Assembly: GCA_045106455.1 (NCBI GenBank)
Contig: JBGCEL010000010.1
Coordinates: forward strand, 116,878 to 180,877
Direction of reading: 5' to 3'
DNA from: Gammaproteobacteria bacterium
GTDB taxonomy: Bacteria > Pseudomonadota > Gammaproteobacteria > Steroidobacterales > JBCCMA01
Length of the DNA: 64,000 nucleotides
Part shown: in pieces, positions 39,827 to 47,276 of the stretch
How the letters are laid out: the number at the start of each line of letters is the position of its first letter
How positions within the stretch are numbered: position 1 is the first letter of the stretch
The notes under the pieces: generated by a model
The model's database searches: none
The model's input: the letters and a program-made list of their open reading frames with translations, nothing else
Told to the model about the DNA's origin: nothing
Made by a program: the position numbers and the translations under genes

Positions 39827-40041
39827 TCGTGGTGGGGGGCCGTATCCAGCACGTATTCAGCGCCGCAGTAAATGCATTTCGCCTGACCGGTTTTCTCAAC
39901 CGGCAAATAGACGCGCGGGTGGGAGTTCCAAAGCGATGAGCCCGGCATGGGACAGTGCACGGGAAAATCTTCCGGCGTCACTTTATAGATGTTCTGGGTA
40001 TTCGGCAGATCGCAATCCGAATTCGGGGTGTTGGCCGGCAC
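39823..40041 (-). CDS. Small zinc-finger (CHCC-type) protein
   Basis: 72 aa with ...VHCPMP...[12 protein letters not shown].... Its stop overlaps the hldD ATG (ATGA). Confidence 0.7.
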   Translation of the reverse strand: MPANTPNSDCDLPNTQNIYKVTPEDFPVHCPMPGSSLWNSHPRVYLPVEKTGQAKCIYCGAEYVLDTAPHHE

Positions 40042-40098
40042 GGGGTTTCCTCAAACGGGCTGAGTGGGATGTAGGCACAAGACTATACCACCTTCGCT

Positions 40099-42864
40099 TT
40101 ATCCGAATACCTCCCGCCAAATGGCCCGAATGCGGGCCCGCTCTGGCCCCATGGCTGCGGCCTCCTGGCGCACGTTGCCGTCATCCAAGGCGCGCCGATG
40201 AAGGTGGGTTCGGTAGGCCAAATAGATCGCCTGCAAATCCTCGCCAACGTTGGCGCCCAGACATCCAGTCTCGATCAGCGCGTCGAGCTGGCGCATATGA
40301 TCACTAAACTGGACGAGCTCGGGCAGCGCGTGCGCGTGCGCCAACAGAAAAATTTGCACGAGAAACTCGACGTCCGTAAGGCCACCGGGGTCGTGCTTGA
40401 CGTGAAACGTGCCAGCCACGACCGGATTGGCGGCCGCCATGCGTTTGCGCATCGTCAACACATCAGCCTTGAGCTGCAGGCTGTCGCGCTGCCGGCACAA
40501 AATGCCGCGCCGCACGTCGTCAAAACGCGTTGCGAGGTGGTCGTCGCCGGCCACGGCGCGCGCGCGCAGCAGCGCCTGATGCTCCCAGGTCCAGGCACTC
40601 TTTTCCTGATAACCCGCATAGGCGGCCAGCCGCGAAACCAACGGCCCCGAATTACCGCTGGGGCGCAGGCGCGTGTCGACCTCGTAGAGTTTGCCGCCGC
40701 GCGTTGTCGCGGTAGCCAAATGCACCACACGCTGCACCAGACGCGCAAAATACACCGGCGGAGCGAGCGCGCGTTTGCCGTCACTCTCGCACTGATCGTC
40801 GTCGACGTCATACAAAAACACCAGATCAAGATCCGAGCCATAGCCCAACTCAAGCCCGCCCAACTTGCCGTAGGCCACCACGCAAAACGACACCTCCGCG
40901 CAGGGCAATCGCCCGTAGCGATGTTCGATATCAAAGCGCGCCGTCTGCAGCACCTGCGTGATCACGCTCTGCGCAATGGAGGTTAAGTGATCGGACACTT
41001 TCATCACCGGCAATTGCGACGTGAGATCGGCCACAGCCACCTCAAATTCTGCCGCACTTTTAAATTGCGCCAGCGCATCGGTCATCACTTCTTGATCGTC
41101 AGGCGCGATACCGTGCAGCGCGGCGCCCAACTGCGCCTGCCGCGCGGCGTGGGTTGGCAAATGTTCCACGTCCAGATCAATCAAACTGTCGAGCAACAGC
41201 GGTTGATCGGCCACATCACTGGCCACACGCTGACTGACGGCACACAGCGACACCAGGCGCTCCCGCGCCTGACGATGTTCGTTCAGCAGAGCGAAATACG
41301 CACTGCGCCGACCCACCCCCTCCAGCACGCGCGACACCCGCGTCATGACCGACACCGGGTCGGGCTGCTGCGTGACCAGCTCAAGCAACTGCGGTACCAG
41401 CCGGTCCAGACGCTCGCGCCCCTGACTATCGAGGCGCGCCAGCGTCCGCGATGCGGCCAGCGCCTGCAGGTTGGCGCGCAAGGCCGCATCCCGCTCATCG
41501 CTTACGGTCGGCGCTTGCGCACTCTCAGACTCATTCTGAGCATGCGACCACAATTGCGCAGCCGCACTGTCGCGACGCACAGCGTCTTCCGGGCGCAGCA
41601 GTTCGCCAAACAGTAGCGCCACTTTTTCCCGATGCTGGGCTAACGTGGCGTCGAATGACGCCACATCGACGCCCATCGCGGCCGCCAATTCGAAGCGCGC
41701 CGCCGCATCATCGGGCAAGACATGGGTTTGCTGGTCGCGCCGCATCTGCAAACGGTTTTCAACGTGACGCAAATACAAGTAGGCCGCCATCAGGGTGGCG
41801 CGATCGTTGTTGTCCAGCCACTCAAGCGCCTCAAGCTGGCCCAGCGCATCGATCAAAGACGTCGTCTGCAAAGCGCGCTGACGCCCACCACGCAGCACCT
41901 GCAATGACTGGGCGATGAACTCGATCTCGCGAATGCCGCCCTCCCCGCGCTTGATGTCATCGCCCGCGGTATTGCGTTCCACATCCGCCTCAATGAGCGA
42001 TTTGGTATGTCGCAATGATTCCAGCACGCCAAAGTCGAGGTAGCGCCGATACACGAAGCTGCGCAAAACCTCGGTCAGCGCCGCGCGATCCTCGGCGCTG
42101 CCGGTCAAAACCGCGGCTTTCAGATAGGCGTAGCGCTCCCAGTCGCGCGCATGGGTGTGCAGGTAATGCTCAAAGGCACTGAGCGACAGCGACAGCGCAC
42201 CGGTCCGGCCAAACGGCCGCAGACGTACGTCCACGCGATACACCAGCCCAAACGCCGTACGCTCGTCCAGCAACGCGATCAACTCGCGGGCGAGCTTCAG
42301 GTAGGCCTGCGCATCCGCACCATCGGGATGCACAAATACCAGATCAATATCCGAGGAAAAATTAAGCTCGCCGCCACCCAACTTGCCCATGCCAATGATC
42401 ATAGGTTCAGGCACATCGCCGCGGCGGGCCACCAGGCGCGCGCAGGCCATCGCGAGAATCAGACGCGCAAGCACAGAGAGCGCCGTCAGCGTGTCCTCGG
42501 TTGCACGCTGGCCGCCGAGGTCGTGCCAGGCAATCAGAAACATCTCACGATCCCGCATCTGACGCAGTGCGTTGGCAAACTCATCGGCGTCCGCGATGTG
42601 CTCGACGTTATCCAGCGCGGGCGCCGTTGGGGTACTGAGTCGCCCTTGCGCAATGGCCGCCACCAACGCATCGGGCTGACGAATCATCACCCCCAGCGCA
42701 TAACGACTGACCGCCACCACCGCCCGCGCTTGCTCCAGCAGCCCGCACTTCGCAAGGGCAGTGACGACCTGCGGCGCGCCCTCTTCCAGCTGTGCAAACG
42801 ACGCCTGTGCGCTGACGCGCGCCGGCGTTGGCCACGTATTCGGGTCAGTTATCTGAGTTTGCAT
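40099..42864 (-). CDS. glnE: Glutamine synthetase adenylyltransferase / adenylyl-removing enzyme
   Basis: 921 aa with two nucleotidyltransferase modules (GMGKLGGGELNFSSDIDLVF and YGKLGGLELGYGSDLDLVFLY). Confidence 0.93.
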   Translation of the reverse strand: MQTQITDPNTWPTPARVSAQASFAQLEEGAPQVVTALAKCGLLEQARAVVAVSRYALGVMIRQPDALVAAIAQGRLSTPTAPALDNVEHIADADEFANALRQMRDREMFLIAWHDLGGQRATEDTLTALSVLARLILAMACARLVARRGDVPEPMIIGMGKLGGGELNFSSDIDLVFVHPDGADAQAYLKLARELIALLDERTAFGLVYRVDVRLRPFGRTGALSLSLSAFEHYLHTHARDWERYAYLKAAVLTGSAEDRAALTEVLRSFVYRRYLDFGVLESLRHTKSLIEADVERNTAGDDIKRGEGGIREIEFIAQSLQVLRGGRQRALQTTSLIDALGQLEALEWLDNNDRATLMAAYLYLRHVENRLQMRRDQQTHVLPDDAAARFELAAAMGVDVASFDATLAQHREKVALLFGELLRPEDAVRRDSAAAQLWSHAQNESESAQAPTVSDERDAALRANLQALAASRTLARLDSQGRERLDRLVPQLLELVTQQPDPVSVMTRVSRVLEGVGRRSAYFALLNEHRQARERLVSLCAVSQRVASDVADQPLLLDSLIDLDVEHLPTHAARQAQLGAALHGIAPDDQEVMTDALAQFKSAAEFEVAVADLTSQLPVMKVSDHLTSIAQSVITQVLQTARFDIEHRYGRLPCAEVSFCVVAYGKLGGLELGYGSDLDLVFLYDVDDDQCESDGKRALAPPVYFARLVQRVVHLATATTRGGKLYEVDTRLRPSGNSGPLVSRLAAYAGYQEKSAWTWEHQALLRARAVAGDDHLATRFDDVRRGILCRQRDSLQLKADVLTMRKRMAAANPVVAGTFHVKHDPGGLTDVEFLVQIFLLAHAHALPELVQFSDHMRQLDALIETGCLGANVGEDLQAIYLAYRTHLHRRALDDGNVRQEAAAMGPERARIRAIWREVFG

Positions 42865-42977
42865 GCGATTTTGTGTCTTTTTGTGGCATTACAGGAACCT
42901 CCGCGCCTGTTTTTTGCACTCGCTTGAATCGTGCCTCCGGTGTACGATGTCACTTCGCAAAGCCATACGCCAACGCG

Positions 42978-44252
42978 ATGTCTCCACTGTCCGATGAATA
43001 TCTAAGCAGCCTCGAACCCGAGACCCTGCGCTACGACGTTACGATCTTCGACGACTTCGTCATTAGTGTCCTGCCCAACGGCATTAAGACCTGGGCGTTT
43101 CTCTATGACTACGAAGGTCGCAAACGGCGCAAGACGCTCGGCGTCTACCCCGATATGTCTTATGAAGAGGCAGAAGACGCGCTGGACAACTCCCGCGCAA
43201 TGATTCTGAAGCTCGGCGACGACATCAAAGACTCGCCGGTGGAGCCCGACGTACGCACGGTCGAGATTCCAAAAGAGGCCATGGTGGCAACGCCACCACC
43301 GGCGCCGCCACCGGAACTGCGCCCGGCGGTTCTCGCCACTCGCACGCGCAAACGCTATCACACGCGCCCGCACAAAATGGGCGGCGGCGGCAAACGCTAC
43401 TTTGCGTTGGGCCTGTTATGCGTTCTGGCACTGGGCGCCGCCATCGTGATCCTGCCGCGTCTGGGCGGCGGCGGTACGGCCACGAGCGCCGCGCCGGCCG
43501 AAGAAAAAATTCCCGGGCGCGCGCAGCCAAAACCTATCGTGATTGAGAGTGAACCGGAGCCGGCCAAGCCGCGGCCCGGACGCATGGCACCGAAACCCAT
43601 CATCCTCGATGACACACCAGCGCCGGCGCCACCGCCCGTAACGACGCCGTCACCCGTGGAATCTGAGCCTCTGGCCGCAACCGAAGTGCTGCCGGCCGAG
43701 CCCGTGCGAACGGTCAGCGCACCGGCGGATCCATTGCCGACACCGGAGCCGGAGCCAATTCAAGCCCAGGAACCAGAGCCGGTCGTTGTGGCCGCCGCAC
43801 CTACCCCACCGGCAAGTGCCGAACCAGAACGAGTGGCAGCGGTCAGCGCGCCAAGCGAGCCTGCAATCACAGCACCGGTGACGACCACGCCCGTTGAGAC
43901 CGAAGCGACCTCCACCGGCGGCAACGTCACCCGCTCGATCGTGACCAGCGATGTGGCCGATCTGGAACCGGTAGACAATCTGGGGGCGAACATCACATTG
44001 ACGAACGGCGGCTACCAAACGGTGTTTTATTTCACCGAGCTGCGTAACTTCACGGCAGGCAACATCGTGCACCGCTGGACCTACAATGGCCGGGTGATCG
44101 CCGATGTGCCGCTGCGCGTAAACGGCGGCTGGCGCTGGCGTACGTATTCGAGCAAAGATCTTTTGCCCGGCATGACGGGCGATTGGAGCGTGTCGGTCGT
44201 CGACGGCGACGGCCGCGTATTGGGCGAGCAAAAATTCCGGTTTGACCGCTAG
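42978..44252 (+). CDS. Single-pass membrane protein: integrase-Arm-like (DUF4102-like) N-domain, Pro-rich linker, DUF2914-like C-domain
   Basis: ATG 42978 gives 424 aa. The N-terminus ...FVISVLPNGIKTWAFLYDYEGRKRRKTLGVYPDMSYEEAEDA follows the P4-integrase Arm-domain pattern. The TM helix is YFALGLLCVLALGAAIVILP (nt ~43398-43460), followed by a P/A/E-rich spacer. The C-terminus is ...FYFTELRNFTAGNIVHRWTYNGRVIADVPLRVNGGWRWRTYSSK.... Confidence 0.7.
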   Translation: MSPLSDEYLSSLEPETLRYDVTIFDDFVISVLPNGIKTWAFLYDYEGRKRRKTLGVYPDMSYEEAEDALDNSRAMILKLGDDIKDSPVEPDVRTVEIPKEAMVATPPPAPPPELRPAVLATRTRKRYHTRPHKMGGGGKRYFALGLLCVLALGAAIVILPRLGGGGTATSAAPAEEKIPGRAQPKPIVIESEPEPAKPRPGRMAPKPIILDDTPAPAPPPVTTPSPVESEPLAATEVLPAEPVRTVSAPADPLPTPEPEPIQAQEPEPVVVAAAPTPPASAEPERVAAVSAPSEPAITAPVTTTPVETEATSTGGNVTRSIVTSDVADLEPVDNLGANITLTNGGYQTVFYFTELRNFTAGNIVHRWTYNGRVIADVPLRVNGGWRWRTYSSKDLLPGMTGDWSVSVVDGDGRVLGEQKFRFDR

Positions 44253-45817
44253 GCCGCCGCGCCAAACACCACGACATCATCCCCTTCCTGCCACGGCGCG
44301 TATTTGCGCATCACGGCCGTGAAGTCTGCGGATGCTTCAAACGTCGCGAGCCAGTCAATCACCCGACGAAAACTCTGCTGATCAAACCACTCAGGATCTG
44401 CGATACGGAACTGGCGTACAAACGGCGCAATCGCGACGTCGGCTAATGAACGTCGCGATCCGCACAGCCAGCCGTTTGCACTGAGCTGTTGGTCGAGCGT
44501 CTGCAAAAACGCCACGCCGCGCTCGCGCGCAGCAAAGGGATCGGCATCGTCATAGCGGCTGGCATACTTGTAACGATCAAGATCGGGCTTGAAATCCTTA
44601 TCGCAGCGACGAATGAGTGCATTCATTGCCTCGACTTCGCCATCTTCAGGCGCCAGCCACTGTTCGGGATCATTCACAGACAGGGCAAAGCGCATAATGT
44701 CCAGGCTTTCTTCCAGCACACGACCGCTGGTATCAATCAAAATGGGCACGGTGGCTTTCGGCGAAACCTCAAGCATCGCCTCGGGCTTATCGCGCAGCAC
44801 CACCTCGCGCAATGCGACGTCAATCCCGGCCATGCGCAGCGCCAAACGCGCGCGCATCGCAAACGGACAGCGCCGGAACGAATAGAGCACGGGCAGTGCA
44901 GGCGCCTCGCGTCTTCCAAGATGAGCCTCATTGCGCGATTCTGCCAATCGCATCTGACGATGGCGCTCGGCAAAACGCTCTTTCTGCTTATCCGTCGTTT
45001 GATCCACGCAGCGCGCGCAGCTAACCCCCTCAACAAACTGCGCCGACCGCTGATCCTCTTTGCTCAACGGATGGCGGCACGCCCGACACAGCGCATAGGG
45101 ACCCTGCTTTAGATCCGGCCCCACGGCCACGCGCTCATCAAACACAAAACAATGGCCCTCAAAGCGATTGTCGTCGACGTCAATTTTCTCCAGATAATTC
45201 AAGATGCCGCCACGCAAGTGATAGACCTCTTTCACACCGCGCGATTTCAATAACGCGGTGGATTTTTCGCAGCGAATACCGCCCGTGCAAAACATCGCCA
45301 CGCGGGAGTTTTCATCGATGGGCGCGCTGTCGTCAAGCCACGCCGGCAGCTCGCCGAAACTGCTCGTATCCGGGGAAATGGCGCCCTCAAACGTGCCCAG
45401 CTCAACTTCGTAGTCGTTGCGCGTATCCACCACCACGACATCCGGATCGTCCAAAAGCGCGTTCCAGTTTTCCGGCTCAACGTATTCACCGGCCTGGGTC
45501 ACCGGATCAACCGCCGGCACGCCAAGCGTCACGATTTCTCTTTTCAGACGCACCTTGAGTCGATAGAAAGGTGGTGCCGACGCGGGCGCCCATTTGATGT
45601 CCAGATCGGCAAACCGTGGGTCGCGACCGAGCTCCGCGAACAACGCTTCAAGCGCGTCGGGCGCACCCGCTATAGTGCCGTTGATGCCCTCGCGAGCCAG
45701 CAAAATGGTGCCCAATGCGCTGTGACGTTCGCACAGTTCACGTACGGGGTCGCGCAGATCATAAAAATTCGGGAGCGCGACGAAACGATAGAACGCCGCC
45801 GTTACACAATCACTCAT
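44249..45817 (-). CDS. Fusion protein: rhodanese-family tRNA U34 hydroxylase TrhO/YceA (UPF0176) + glutathione S-transferase-like domain
   Basis: 522 aa. Residues 1-~300 carry AFYRFVALPN...LLAREGINGTIAG, the rhodanese loop FCTGGIRCEKS and a Cys-rich tail. Residues ~308-522 are thioredoxin-fold GST-like: PVLYSFRRCPFAMRARLAL...VPILID...ESLDIMRF. Confidence 0.8.
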   Translation of the reverse strand: MSDCVTAAFYRFVALPNFYDLRDPVRELCERHSALGTILLAREGINGTIAGAPDALEALFAELGRDPRFADLDIKWAPASAPPFYRLKVRLKREIVTLGVPAVDPVTQAGEYVEPENWNALLDDPDVVVVDTRNDYEVELGTFEGAISPDTSSFGELPAWLDDSAPIDENSRVAMFCTGGIRCEKSTALLKSRGVKEVYHLRGGILNYLEKIDVDDNRFEGHCFVFDERVAVGPDLKQGPYALCRACRHPLSKEDQRSAQFVEGVSCARCVDQTTDKQKERFAERHRQMRLAESRNEAHLGRREAPALPVLYSFRRCPFAMRARLALRMAGIDVALREVVLRDKPEAMLEVSPKATVPILIDTSGRVLEESLDIMRFALSVNDPEQWLAPEDGEVEAMNALIRRCDKDFKPDLDRYKYASRYDDADPFAARERGVAFLQTLDQQLSANGWLCGSRRSLADVAIAPFVRQFRIADPEWFDQQSFRRVIDWLATFEASADFTAVMRKYAPWQEGDDVVVFGAAA

Positions 45818-45845
45818 CTACCGGCACTCATCAACTGGCACTCAT

Positions 45846-46394
45846 CTACTGGCCATTTTTATAGCGTTCGTTGGCTTCGCGGAAAACACGTCGCGTGTTT
45901 TCAATGTCGTAGGGCCGCTCCTGCAGAGTCTGGGCATTCCACTCGCTGCGCGGCTGGGCAAAAAAGTCGCCGCCGTAGACATGCAGCGCCGCCGTAAACT
46001 GATCGAGCGGATTGCTGACGGCGTGGATGATGCTCTCGCCCAGCGGCAGCGTGTCACCCGCGGTGAGCGATTTGTTGCCGTGCTGACGCAGCGAATCGCC
46101 ATTGCGCCGGTAGAACGTGTTGTCCTCGCGACCACGATAAATACCGATGCAGGCCCACATTTCATGGTTGTGTGGGTGCAAATTCATATGCGGTGCCCAC
46201 ACGATGTTCAACACCGTCAGGTCCGGCGCGCAATGCAATGTTTGGACGCCCGCCTCCGACGGTTCACCCAGTGCCGCCAGAATACAATCCGGCTCACACA
46301 CCACGCGCGCCATGACGTCCTGCGTGGCAAGACAAGGGTTGTCAGCCGCAAGCGCCGATTGACACTCAGCGACAAATTTTTGTGGTTCAAACAT
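45846..46394 (-). CDS. Cupin-fold metalloprotein (cysteine-dioxygenase-like double-stranded beta-helix)
   Basis: 182 aa with the metal-ligand segment NLHPHNHEMWACIGIYRGRE and a later ...IHAV.... Confidence 0.62.
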   Translation of the reverse strand: MFEPQKFVAECQSALAADNPCLATQDVMARVVCEPDCILAALGEPSEAGVQTLHCAPDLTVLNIVWAPHMNLHPHNHEMWACIGIYRGREDNTFYRRNGDSLRQHGNKSLTAGDTLPLGESIIHAVSNPLDQFTAALHVYGGDFFAQPRSEWNAQTLQERPYDIENTRRVFREANERYKNGQ

Positions 46395-46421
46395 AGCAGC
46401 GTTCCGCGAAAAACCCGACGC

Positions 46422-46898
46422 CTAGGATAACGCAAAACGCATTAATGGCAGCACGCGTCCCGGAATACTGTGGGATGGAATCTCCCCGGTTTTTTGTGCC
46501 CCCATTCTGGCGTAGAACGGTTCTGCGTAAGGGTCGCTCGCAAGCCGCAGTGCCGGCACGCTGCGCTCCCGGCCTATCCGCACCGCTTCGCGCCACAGTA
46601 AATCGCCCAGTCCCTGACGCACACAATCAGGGTCAACAAACAGGGCCAGCACTTCCCCATCTCCGGACGGTCGCAGATCCAGCGCCAAAAACGCCGCAAT
46701 GACGCCGCCGCGCTCCACAACCCGAAATACCATTTGCGCATCTTCGAGCTGGGCCGGCGTGTAGGTAAGTTCCTCGCGACAGGCTTCGATAAAATCGTCG
46801 CTGTAAGGCCACAGCGCCTTGGAACGCAACGCCAAATCGCTTAAGACCGGTGCTTCTTCCACCGCGGCATCTCTTATGCGTTGTTGTGCTGAACTCAT
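46422..46898 (-). CDS. GNAT family N-acetyltransferase
   Basis: 158 aa with the acetyl-CoA-binding-like segment LFVDPDCVRQGLGDLLWREA. Confidence 0.75.
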   Translation of the reverse strand: MSSAQQRIRDAAVEEAPVLSDLALRSKALWPYSDDFIEACREELTYTPAQLEDAQMVFRVVERGGVIAAFLALDLRPSGDGEVLALFVDPDCVRQGLGDLLWREAVRIGRERSVPALRLASDPYAEPFYARMGAQKTGEIPSHSIPGRVLPLMRFALS

Positions 46899-46904
46899 GT
46901 GGAT

Positions 46905-47276
46905 TTACCTTACCCTTACGCGCAATCGAATCGGCCCTTTAGCCGTCGACGGGTCCACGATCTTACCCTTTTGCACGATGTCCAGCTTGCCGGCCGCCTC
47001 CAGCCTGCGCGCGGCGCAGCGGGTGGGCTCCATCAGTGCATCGATGCGCGCAGCGTCCACGCGCCGCGCGGCTTCGCTTGGACAAATGGTGGCGCCGCTA
47101 CGGCGCTCGGCGAGCAACGCCACAATCGCGTCCTCAAGCGCCTGGCCAATTTGGCCTGGGCCCCCGCGGCACGCCTTGGAGCAATACTTCACCTGATCCC
47201 AGGTGCGAGCCCACTTACGTCGCCACTGCATCTCGCGCCCGCAGGTCACACAACGTTTCGCCTCCGGTTCGCTCAT
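46905..47276 (-). CDS. DUF2256 zinc-ribbon + DUF3253 fusion protein
   Basis: ATG 47276 overlaps the upstream stop (ATGA). CVTCGREMQWRRKWARTWDQVKYCSKACR matches the DUF2256 pattern, and ...ICPSEAARRV...GKLDIVQKGKIVDPSTAKGPIRLR matches the DUF3253 pattern. Confidence 0.75.
   Translation of the reverse strand: MSEPEAKRCVTCGREMQWRRKWARTWDQVKYCSKACRGGPGQIGQALEDAIVALLAERRSGATICPSEAARRVDAARIDALMEPTRCAARRLEAAGKLDIVQKGKIVDPSTAKGPIRLRVRVR

Noticed and set aside
42978-43230. An integrase or prophage boundary suggested by the Arm-type (DUF4102-like) N-terminal domain next to glnE.
   Set aside because: There is no tyrosine-recombinase catalytic domain, tRNA, direct repeat or phage gene nearby. The domain is followed by a TM helix and a DUF2914-like domain in the same ORF.
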